In this document: positions 18,736 through 25,553 of the stretch, in pieces | Position numbering within the stretch: the stretch's first letter is position 1 | How the letters are laid out: every line of letters begins with the position of its first letter | DNA from: a virus | Taxonomy: Duplodnaviria; Caudoviricetes | Length of the DNA stretch: 64,000 nt | Reading direction: 5' to 3' (one strand) | IMG/VR virus record: IMGVR_UViG_3300030060_004467 | Span: 1,335 to 65,334 of that record | Notes under the pieces: model-generated | The model's database searches: none | What the model saw: the letters and a program-made list of their open reading frames with translations, nothing else | What the model was told of the DNA's origin: nothing | Position numbers and translations under genes: made by a program

Positions 18736-18878
18736 TTTAAATCAAATTGTGTGTTTTTGAAGGCCTCTTGAAGGCGAGCCTTATTGCCGTGGTCTGCTTT
18801 GAACCACGCCTCGATGAGGGCTTTCTCGAAACTCCCGCAGTTCTGAGAGCGTATGTTCAGTCGTTCGTATTGTGTCAT
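18732..18878 (-). CDS. Small hypothetical protein
   Basis: GSFEKALIEAWFKADHGNKARL motif; ATG at 18878. Confidence 0.55.
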   Translation of the reverse strand: MTQYERLNIRSQNCGSFEKALIEAWFKADHGNKARLQEAFKNTQFDLK

Positions 18879-19087
18879 TTGTCTTTTGTTTGGGTTTTGA
18901 GCGGTGGAAGTGTGCTCCACCATACAATCTCTTCGTCGTGGATGCGGAACTCGTGGCAAGCCCCGAGGTCGTTGTTCCACACCTCAATCCATACGCCGTG
19001 GTCGTCAGGAGCACCCATTACGTGGGATGCGTAGTGACCCGCATCTTGCAGTGCTTTGACTGCTGATTCGCATTGTTCTTGTGTCAT
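18875..19087 (-). CDS. Hypothetical early protein
   Basis: 70 aa with 4-nt overlaps. Confidence 0.55.
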   Translation of the reverse strand: MTQEQCESAVKALQDAGHYASHVMGAPDDHGVWIEVWNNDLGACHEFRIHDEEIVWWSTLPPLKTQTKDK

Positions 19088-19398
19088 AGGTCAATGATTA
19101 CGCCCTTCTCTTCGAGGGCTTTGATGATGTAGTCAGGGAGTTCGAAGCATCCATCGTACCCTGTGAGGCGTACACTTCCGTCGTCGTCGTGCTCGGTTTC
19201 GAGCACACCCTCTGCATAGAAGCGGTCGCCTCCTGATTCGAGGTCGTAGGTCTCATACCATCCGCCGTAGCGGTGGTCAGGGTCGATAGCCACCTCGGTG
19301 TCCATCTCTACGTTCTTCGCGGCGTCAACGTCTACGTCGTAGGCCGTCCGCATTGACACGAAGGGTAGTGTGTGTTTGAAGGAGTGTGTGAATTTCAT
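19084..19398 (-). CDS. Acidic hypothetical early protein
   Basis: 104 aa with LTGYDGCFELP motif. Confidence 0.6.
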   Translation of the reverse strand: MKFTHSFKHTLPFVSMRTAYDVDVDAAKNVEMDTEVAIDPDHRYGGWYETYDLESGGDRFYAEGVLETEHDDDGSVRLTGYDGCFELPDYIIKALEEKGVIIDL

Positions 19399-19646
19399 TC
19401 TGAAAATAGTTTGTTCTCGGTTGCTATCGCTTCTGTGGCGTGGTCATCCAAGACGTTGATGATTTGCTGAACTGTGTCGGGGCTAACGTTGGGTGCATTA
19501 GCGATGAGAGAGGCAAAGCCCTGCACATCCTTTGGCACCATTTGTGCGGCTCGATTGAGCACATCGAGGTTCTTACCAAAGTGGAAGTCGTTGAGGTATA
19601 GCACCGCCGCACCTACGGGACGTGAGAAAAAATTATCTTTTACCAT
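19395..19646 (-). CDS. Hypothetical early protein
   Basis: 83 aa with AAACTTCAA leader. Confidence 0.55.
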   Translation of the reverse strand: MVKDNFFSRPVGAAVLYLNDFHFGKNLDVLNRAAQMVPKDVQGFASLIANAPNVSPDTVQQIINVLDDHATEAIATENKLFSE

Positions 19647-19673
19647 TGTATTGGATTTGAAGTTTAATGTTTA

Positions 19674-19886
19674 TTATCTGAGGAGGTCATCAAGTTGCTT
19701 CTCAAGTCGCACGATTGCCTCGTCTGCACGGCGTGAAATGTCGTCCTGTTCCTTGATTGCTTTCTTGGTTGCCTCGATAAGAGCCTTGCGCTCCTCGGTG
19801 AATGTGATGAATGACTGCTCTACTTGGTGGAGCGAATCGCATACGAGTGTGCCTTTGGCAGAGGCTCTCAACTTTGAAGTGTCCAT
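19674..19886 (-). CDS. Coiled-coil early protein
   Basis: 70 aa from ATG 19886 after a promoter and leader motif. Confidence 0.55.
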   Translation of the reverse strand: MDTSKLRASAKGTLVCDSLHQVEQSFITFTEERKALIEATKKAIKEQDDISRRADEAIVRLEKQLDDLLR

Positions 19887-19909
19887 TGTATTGGGTTTGA
19901 AGTTTGGTG

Positions 19910-19966
19910 TAAAGATATAGGATTTTGTGGATGAATCCAAATTTCTGTTGAAAAGATTTGTTAACG
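19910..19966 (-). promoter_or_regulatory. Early promoter with 30-bp upstream repeat
   Basis: TTTG-N20-TATCTTTA plus the repeat shared with 18011-18040. Confidence 0.65.
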
Positions 19967-19967
19967 C

Positions 19968-20132
19968 TTAGTAATCACGGGTCGTGATATTGAATTCACG
20001 TAGGTCGATGTATATGTCCTCGTCCCACGCAGCCTCGATAAGGCGTAAAGCCTCCTTGTCGTCCGTGTATGTGAAGTTCTCGTAGGCGAGAATTTTCTCC
20101 TCTGCGTTTAACTCTCTGAATGGATTAAACAT
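19968..20132 (-). CDS. Small acidic protein (54 aa, not in ORF track)
   Basis: MFNPFRELNAEEKILAYENFTYTDDKEALRLIEAAWDEDIYIDLREFNITTRDY; starts 25 nt after the HHR1 cleavage site. Confidence 0.6.
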   Translation of the reverse strand: MFNPFRELNAEEKILAYENFTYTDDKEALRLIEAAWDEDIYIDLREFNITTRDY

Positions 20133-20151
20133 AGCTTGAAGTTTGAAGTTT

Positions 20152-20201
20152 GATACAGACCCCCGAAGGGGTTTCGTCCAATCAGGACTCGTCAGTGTAC
20201 C
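20152..20201 (-). ncRNA. Type I hammerhead ribozyme HHR1
   Basis: gguaca-CUGACGA-gucc(ugauu)ggac-GAAA-cccc(uucg)gggg-UC/uguauc; predicted cleavage after C at 20158. Confidence 0.93.
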
Positions 20202-20368
20202 TTGATGATTTCTGTTAAAGCACCTTCGATGCTGTCTTGCAGGTCAAATGTGTCTTGTGTGTACTCTCCGTTCACCTCGCGAACGTCGTCGCTCAGGAGT
20301 TCAGGCGCGTTGTCCAACAGGTATTCTGTGACGAGGATAGCCACGTCTTTGATGTCATTCGTTGTCAT
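20192..20368 (-). CDS. Small acidic protein (58 aa, not in ORF track) flanked by HHR2 and HHR1
   Basis: MTTNDIKDVAILVTEYLLDNAPELLSDDVREVNGEYTQDTFDLQDSIEGALTEIIKVH; its stop TGA is the UGA of the HHR1 core. Confidence 0.65.
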   Translation of the reverse strand: MTTNDIKDVAILVTEYLLDNAPELLSDDVREVNGEYTQDTFDLQDSIEGALTEIIKVH

Positions 20369-20389
20369 TGTATGTAGTTTTTGAAGTTT

Positions 20390-20439
20390 GACACAGACGC
20401 CTCACGGCGTTTCGCGCACTCAGCGCTCGTCAGTGTGCC
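20390..20439 (-). ncRNA. Type I hammerhead ribozyme HHR2
   Basis: ggcaca-CUGACGA-gcgc(ugagu)gcgc-GAAA-cgcc(guga)ggcg-UC/uguguc; predicted cleavage after 20396. Confidence 0.93.
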
Positions 20440-20441
20440 TG

Positions 20442-20621
20442 TCAGATAGGGTCGAAGTACCTGCGAATCTCCTGCTCCGCACGCTCGTCCTCTGCGTCGT
20501 CAGCCCCGATGAGGTCAGCCAACGTCAGGTGTGCGTCCGTGAAGTGGGTGGACACGATGTCCTGCACGATGGTGGTGAGGGCTTGTACGCGCCCCTCGTG
20601 CGCTTGCTTGGAAGTAGCCAT
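20442..20621 (-). CDS. Small acidic early protein (59 aa)
   Basis: MATSKQAHEG...RYFDPI from ATG 20621; stops 2 nt before HHR2 stem I. Confidence 0.6.
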   Translation of the reverse strand: MATSKQAHEGRVQALTTIVQDIVSTHFTDAHLTLADLIGADDAEDERAEQEIRRYFDPI

Positions 20622-20641
20622 TGTGTTGAAGTTTGATGGTC

Positions 20642-20685
20642 GCAAGATACGACCGAATTGTGGAAAAAACAAGTCTGTCTGTTAA
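20642..20685 (-). promoter_or_regulatory. Possible weaker early promoter
   Basis: TTG...TATCTTGC with upstream TTAAC; imperfect match to TAnnTTTG. Confidence 0.35.
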
Positions 20686-20704
20686 GTCGCTGTGACTCAG
20701 GGAA

Positions 20705-21403
20705 TTACAAGATGTCGTCGGCAGTCACGCCCTCGTCCATCATATCCATATTCACGGCACGTAACATATCCATCACGTCCGTGTACCCTTGCTCGCGCAG
20801 TACCGCGTAGGGTGTGGGTGCTACGTAGTCCGCAGGGTGTTGCGCTTTCGCCTTTGGCGCGGGTGCGTCAACCTCCGTGCGTGTGCCGAATGGCGATGCC
20901 GCCGTTGGCTTGTTGTCGCACACGACCTCGGTCTTGCGAACGTTACGCTTGGCGCTCGCTCGGTTGCTCAGGCGTTGTGCCTGTGCCTCCAACTTGTCGT
21001 TCTTGGTCTTGCGCTTGGTCTTCGTGCGCTTGGGTGCGGGCTTCTTTGGGTCGGTCAGCACCAACCCGCCCAACTCGCGCTCCAACTGCTCGACTGCCTT
21101 GCGCTCAACCTCCGTGATGTCGCTCACGGGGGTGTACGTGTTGGCCGTTTGACAGGCGTCCACGATGTCGAACATCTGCTCCATCGTCAGCCCGTACTGC
21201 TTGCACAGCACGTCCGCACGGGACTGCTTCGCAGTCGTGGCTTTGGCTTTGCGTTTGGGCTTGGCCGTCTTGGGCTTCGCGCTCTTGCGCTTGGCCGCTT
21301 GCTCCTGTGCGAACTTAGCCTTGTTAGCGGCTCTGCGCTCAGCTCGTGTGTACTTGCGCCCTGTCTCGGGGCAGTGTGTGGGGGTGTAGGTCTTTGCAGA
21401 CAT
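20705..21403 (-). CDS. Lys/Ala/Arg-rich (histone H1-like) early protein
   Basis: 232 aa from ATG 21403; AKRKSAKPKTAKPKRKAK and KKPAPKRTKTKRKTK tracts; acidic C-terminus. Confidence 0.65.
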   Translation of the reverse strand: MSAKTYTPTHCPETGRKYTRAERRAANKAKFAQEQAAKRKSAKPKTAKPKRKAKATTAKQSRADVLCKQYGLTMEQMFDIVDACQTANTYTPVSDITEVERKAVEQLERELGGLVLTDPKKPAPKRTKTKRKTKNDKLEAQAQRLSNRASAKRNVRKTEVVCDNKPTAASPFGTRTEVDAPAPKAKAQHPADYVAPTPYAVLREQGYTDVMDMLRAVNMDMMDEGVTADDIL

Positions 21404-21443
21404 AGGTAAAAAGTTTGAAGTTTTGGACTGCGCTTCGTGCGCT

Positions 21444-21493
21444 GACACAGACCCCCGTAGGGGTTTCGGCTACTCAAGCCTCGTCAGTGTGCC
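21444..21493 (-). ncRNA. Type I hammerhead ribozyme HHR3
   Basis: ggcaca-CUGACGA-ggcu(ugagu)agcc-GAAA-cccc(uacg)gggg-UC/uguguc; predicted cleavage after 21450. Confidence 0.93.
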
Positions 21494-21499
21494 TGTGCG

Positions 21500-21673
21500 T
21501 CACTTGCTCATTCGCTCCCGCGCCTCTTCGAGCAGGGCTTGGTGCTCCATCTCCGTGTGCGAGCCGTGAATCAAGGCGTTCAGAATCTCGTCGTCGGTCA
21601 TGGTGCGCAAGGCAAAGTAGTTCGCAGACCCGCTCGTGCGGATGCTCTCGGTGGTTGGTGCTGTGGTATTCAT
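21500..21673 (-). CDS. Small protein (57 aa, not in ORF track) flanked by HHR4 and HHR3
   Basis: MNTTAPTTESIRTSGSANYFALRTMTDDEILNALIHGSHTEMEHQALLEEARERMSK; AAACTTCAA leader. Confidence 0.6.
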   Translation of the reverse strand: MNTTAPTTESIRTSGSANYFALRTMTDDEILNALIHGSHTEMEHQALLEEARERMSK

Positions 21674-21694
21674 AGTGCTTTGTGTTTGAAGTTT

Positions 21695-21744
21695 GACACA
21701 GACGCCTCACGGCGTTTCGTCCATTAAGGACTCGTCAGTGTGCC
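21695..21744 (-). ncRNA. Type I hammerhead ribozyme HHR4
   Basis: ggcaca-CUGACGA-gucc(uuaau)ggac-GAAA-cgcc(guga)ggcg-UC/uguguc; predicted cleavage after 21701. Confidence 0.93.
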
Positions 21745-21884
21745 TTGACGCCCTGCATCTTCGCCAAGATGTCTTTGGCGCGTGCCAGTTCCGCTCGTGT
21801 GGCTTCCGTGCCGTAGGCGTAGTGCGCTTCTGCGGCTCCGTTCACGTATGCGACTGCTGTTTTGATGTTGTGGGGAGTGTACAT
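21735..21884 (-). CDS. First early gene, 49-aa protein
   Basis: MYTPHNIKTAVAY...MQGVKAH; its stop TGA is the UGA of the HHR4 core. Confidence 0.6.
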   Translation of the reverse strand: MYTPHNIKTAVAYVNGAAEAHYAYGTEATRAELARAKDILAKMQGVKAH

Positions 21885-21932
21885 TGTGCGTGTGTTTGAA
21901 GTTCTTCGATTCGACCGTCGAACCGATGCCCC

Positions 21933-21979
21933 CAAAGATAGGTAAATCAAACGGCTGTGTCAAGCCAACGGATGTTAAC
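21933..21979 (-). promoter_or_regulatory. Promoter of the ribozyme-containing early operon
   Basis: TTG-N20-TATCTTTG with upstream GTTAAC, as in the other early promoters. Confidence 0.65.
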
Positions 21980-22574
21980 GTCAGCAATGACGGGGGATGC
22001 AGAGCGAAATTTATACGAGGTTATGTTCATTGTGTGTCCCCGTGATAGGGGATGCAATGTTGTAGTAAAGGTATAGGTGATGTATTGTCCTACGTTCACG
22101 TAGAGCTACCTACCTGCGGTGACCTGATGCGATGATGGAAGTAACGATGCGTAAGTCACTGAGGAACAAGCGATTGCAATCTCAGAAGTAAATCTCCATA
22201 CTATGGCAGAATCAAGGGAGGGGGGTTTGGAAATGTAATTTCCAAAAGATTTGCGTCCCTACATATATATATATAATCCCCCCTATGCGTAGTTCTGATC
22301 GTTTTTTTCGACCCAAACCCGAAAAAACCGCCGATATCCTCAAAAATTTTCACGCGGTATTTTTTGATTGACTCCAATCTACCCATCATAACTGTCTGAT
22401 TTAAAGGTGAAAGCGGTATTTAACCTCTAGTAAGGCTTGAATATTGACATTTAAAGATTTCTGTTATAACTTTGCTATCAAATCAAGATCAAAACAGTAT
22501 AAATAGTAGGGTGTGTGTACACACATTACACCATCCGATCTAGATTTAACTGTTAAATACAGGATAGCTGTGTC
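21980..22574. other. Non-coding region between divergent arms (candidate terminus/origin/packaging region)
   Basis: About 600 nt with no credible ORF, a (TA)n run at about 22265-22275, G/C tracts and the palindrome TGTGTGTACACACA at 22512-22525. Confidence 0.45.
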
Positions 22575-22862
22575 ATGAAGGTAAAAAAGAGAGATCCGAA
22601 GGTAGGAACGGGTAAAAAGCCCAAGGGATCGGATCGTAGGCTCTATACAGACGAGAATCCTAAGGATACGGTAGGTATTAAGTTCGCCACACCTGCCGAT
22701 GCACGGGCCACAGTAGCTAAAGTGAAGCGTAGCGGTAAGCCTTTTGCTAGAAAGATCCAGATATTAACCGTGGGGGAGCAGCGAGCTAAGGTTATGGGTA
22801 AGAATGAGGTGGTGCGTATATTTAAATCAGGCAAAGAAGCTATAAGGCGTAGTAGAAAATAG
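22575..22862 (+). CDS. Basic hypothetical protein
   Basis: 95 aa with RLYTDENPKDT motif. Confidence 0.65.
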   Translation: MKVKKRDPKVGTGKKPKGSDRRLYTDENPKDTVGIKFATPADARATVAKVKRSGKPFARKIQILTVGEQRAKVMGKNEVVRIFKSGKEAIRRSRK

Positions 22863-22864
22863 GG

Positions 22865-22872
22865 TATATTTG
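22865..22872 (+). promoter_or_regulatory. TATATTTG -7 promoter element (also at 23173, 24452, 30765, 33354, 37311, 42160, 44358, 59055; TAATTTTG at 54647)
   Basis: Bacteroidota TAnnTTTG consensus recurring just upstream of late genes. Confidence 0.75.
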
Positions 22873-22876
22873 CTCT

Positions 22877-23167
22877 ATGCTACTGATAAAGATCTCAGAA
22901 AGCGGTTATCGCAGAGATAGCGATGACCAGTACAACGATCACAACGTTATTATGGCAGCATCTATATCTATGGATGCGGTAGATTACCCTGTTGTCGGGA
23001 TGGACAATAGAGGTAACATCAAGATCATGATGCCTGGGTCCAAGCATAACTTTGAAGGTGAGAGGGTGCTGGAGGTACCGCTTAAAAACGATGAGTACAA
23101 CTTCATGAGTCAGGACGACATCTATGATATGGTGCGTATAAAGGCTGCCGAGACGGGTTTCTGCTAA
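22877..23167 (+). CDS. Hypothetical protein
   Basis: 96 aa with ISMDAVDYPV and MMPG..HNFEG..VLEVP motifs. Confidence 0.6.
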   Translation: MLLIKISESGYRRDSDDQYNDHNVIMAASISMDAVDYPVVGMDNRGNIKIMMPGSKHNFEGERVLEVPLKNDEYNFMSQDDIYDMVRIKAAETGFC

Positions 23168-23185
23168 TCCCGTATATTTGCACTC

Positions 23186-23974
23186 ATGGATATTATTAAA
23201 GATATCGGTAAATCTCTAAAGTTCAAGGAGCGTTATGACGATCTTGATCGTACAGGGATGGAGGAGTATGATAGAGAGGAGTGTAAGGAGCTACGTGATC
23301 TCAAAAAAAGTGGGGCACCGCTTTCAGAATCACAGAAAGAGACACTTAATTTTTGCGATACAATTAGAGGGGAGCGAACCAGAGCTGCCATGAATCTTGG
23401 TACTGCGGCTGTAAAGGTGGGTGTGGGTGCTGCCACTGGCAATCCTATGCTTGCCATGCAGGGACTAGGTGATGCTGGTGGGTATTTAATGTCTGAGGCC
23501 CAAGAGGTAGACGGCCCTAACGATGGTGTTGGTCAACAGCTGAATACTCAAGACTTCCTTAAAACTGGAGGTCAAGTACTTGCAGGTGTAGGTGCTATGG
23601 CTATTGGCGGTCAGGGAGTAGATTCAACAACTGGGTTAGGCGATACGGGAAATACATCAACATTTGCACAAAACATTGCACGTCAAGTGGCAAATCCTGC
23701 GCCTGTAGATACAAACGCTCAAGGGGCTGGAAAATATGGTGGGGGTGTGCTTCCACCTACCCAGCCTCCCATCGGTGGCGACCCATTGCTTGGTTCGCTG
23801 CTTCAGAACCCTGAATTTTTGCAGCTTATGCAGCAGCAACAGAACCCTGCTGGTCAAACCACAGCTGCTGATACGCTTGCTGCCCTTGCGAATCAAAACA
23901 CTCAAGGATCAAAACTGAAGCGGTCAACACGACAGCACGAGTATATTAAAGGAAACACTAGAGGCTATACATAA
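23186..23974 (+). CDS. Gly/Gln-rich possible internal virion protein
   Basis: 262 aa low-complexity ORF in the late arm. Confidence 0.55.
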   Translation: MDIIKDIGKSLKFKERYDDLDRTGMEEYDREECKELRDLKKSGAPLSESQKETLNFCDTIRGERTRAAMNLGTAAVKVGVGAATGNPMLAMQGLGDAGGYLMSEAQEVDGPNDGVGQQLNTQDFLKTGGQVLAGVGAMAIGGQGVDSTTGLGDTGNTSTFAQNIARQVANPAPVDTNAQGAGKYGGGVLPPTQPPIGGDPLLGSLLQNPEFLQLMQQQQNPAGQTTAADTLAALANQNTQGSKLKRSTRQHEYIKGNTRGYT

Positions 23975-24444
23975 TGGCTACACTTACAACAACTATTAAA
24001 GAGGAGCTGACGCTCAATGGCGTCGAGAGAGGCTCTACAAACATCCTGTCTATATCGGGGATAAACGAGGTTTTTCAAAGAATGGTGTCGTGTCCAGCTA
24101 ATCAGGATACAACAATAGCTAATTTTAGAGCAGCTGTAAATACATCTGATGGATCTCTGGATCTTGACAACGTTAAATATATCAGAGTTACTAACCTTGA
24201 TACATCAAACGAGGTGGTGCTGTCCCTTCAAATATCTGCTGCAGAGAACGGAACGGCAGATGGGTCTACAAGTATCTTGCTAGCCGCAGGAAGAAGCTAC
24301 ATCATGGGGACACCTCACGACGGTATTGCGGCTGATGACGATGCAGCAACAGTTATAACAGATAGCAACCTTACAGATCTGGAATCATTGGTCGTAGATC
24401 CAAAGACTAACACCGTTGTTGTTGAGGTATTTATCGCAAGCTAA
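23974..24444 (+). CDS. Putative structural (beta-sandwich) protein
   Basis: MATLTTTIKEELTLNG, VKYIRVTNLD and C-terminal VEVFIAS. Confidence 0.55.
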   Translation: MATLTTTIKEELTLNGVERGSTNILSISGINEVFQRMVSCPANQDTTIANFRAAVNTSDGSLDLDNVKYIRVTNLDTSNEVVLSLQISAAENGTADGSTSILLAAGRSYIMGTPHDGIAADDDAATVITDSNLTDLESLVVDPKTNTVVVEVFIAS

Positions 24445-24463
24445 TAACTACTATATTTGCATT

Positions 24464-25531
24464 ATGCCAGGATATCACAAACAATATCAGAAAGGAACAG
24501 GATCAACTGAACCACGATCCCCAGGATTGAAATCAACAGCTACTCCAGCACAGCGTAAAAAAAGAGTTTCTGATCTTTTAACTGCAAGATCAGCTTTCTT
24601 TCCCCTTGTCCCCACTAAGACACCCGAAGAGGCTAAGATTGAGAGGATATATGGAAAGAATTATGACGCCCCCGAAGATGATGATGGTATGTCTGGTCAA
24701 GAACCCAAAAAAAAATCAGCTATGCAAGGCATGAGATTTATTAAAGAAAATCAGGACGGTACAGGTAAAGCAGATAACAAAGGACTAATGGCCCTTGGTA
24801 GATCTGGTGCCAAAGGTAGAGAGGCATACGAAAGAATCACTGGTAAAGAATTCAAGGAGGCGGGTATGGGCATGAAGTACCGCATGGGCACAGGCATGGC
24901 TGATGAGAAGTTGATGGAGTATGGGCAGAAGTTGAAGGAGCGTGGCGAAAAGCTTATGGCTATGGGTGCTAAGATGGAACCATCATTAGATCCAGAGCCA
25001 GGTATGAATGAGATGACAATGGGGGAGAAAATGTATCAGGACGGTACAGGTCAAATGACCGATTCAGAAATGATGCGTCAGGAGATGATGGCTCAAAGAA
25101 GGGCAGAGAGAGGTATGTCTCCTGGTCAAAGATCAAGAATGAAGATGCTTGAATCTCAAGAGGAGATGGATTATACACCTCCTACTGGAAAGGACTATAA
25201 AGGTCCTCTTTATAAAATGCCAGAGATTAAAGAAATTGTAAGAAGCGGTAGTTTTGAAGGCGTTGATTTAGAGAGACTAGCTGCTACTGCATCCAGAGGC
25301 AGTCTTCCTGCAAATCTCAGAGGTATGATTATGCAGTTTCTAGAAGAAGGACCAGGTGCTGCACCTCAGCAAGTAAATCAGCCCGCTGAAAGAGCTGTAA
25401 CACAAACACCAACTCAGTTTTCATTTCAAGAGGGACCTCGTGGAGAGGGAGGCACTCTTACTATCCAAGGTAGACAAAGTGATGTCAAGAAGAGAACGAT
25501 GGGTGGTCGTAATCAAATGTATGTTAGATAA
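24464..25531 (+). CDS. Met/Gly-rich protein with YQDGTG-like repeats
   Basis: ATG 24464 after TATATTTG; YQKGTG, NQDGTG, YRMGTG, YQDGTG. Confidence 0.6.
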   Translation: MPGYHKQYQKGTGSTEPRSPGLKSTATPAQRKKRVSDLLTARSAFFPLVPTKTPEEAKIERIYGKNYDAPEDDDGMSGQEPKKKSAMQGMRFIKENQDGTGKADNKGLMALGRSGAKGREAYERITGKEFKEAGMGMKYRMGTGMADEKLMEYGQKLKERGEKLMAMGAKMEPSLDPEPGMNEMTMGEKMYQDGTGQMTDSEMMRQEMMAQRRAERGMSPGQRSRMKMLESQEEMDYTPPTGKDYKGPLYKMPEIKEIVRSGSFEGVDLERLAATASRGSLPANLRGMIMQFLEEGPGAAPQQVNQPAERAVTQTPTQFSFQEGPRGEGGTLTIQGRQSDVKKRTMGGRNQMYVR

Positions 25532-25553
25532 CATTCCAGTTTTACTGGGTAAA

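Noticed and set aside
20152-20201. Reading CCCC-GAA-GGGG-TTT as a plus-strand intrinsic terminator
   Set aside because: The T run is only 3 nt, it is opposite to the direction of transcription, and it is fully explained as stem III plus GAAA of the ribozyme.
21474-21710. 78-aa minus-strand ORF from the track
   Set aside because: It starts inside HHR4; the alternative frame 21500-21673 has an ATG with the conserved leader motif.
20141-21745. CRISPR array or attC/integron interpretation of the repeated intergenic elements
   Set aside because: Spacing is 200-1000 nt with ORFs between copies, there are no cas or integrase genes, and the variation follows hammerhead stem covariation.
20388-21899. 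Plus-strand ORFs in the track (20388-20636, 20692-21117, 20789-21409, 21415-21675, 21693-21899)
   Set aside because: These are shadow frames in GC-rich DNA; the similar TQTPHGVS/TQTPVGVS peptides are just the antisense of the ribozymes.
22115-22170. Additional hammerhead in the non-coding hinge (CTGATGC, CTGAGGA)
   Set aside because: There is no stem II followed by GAAA and stem III in the required arrangement.
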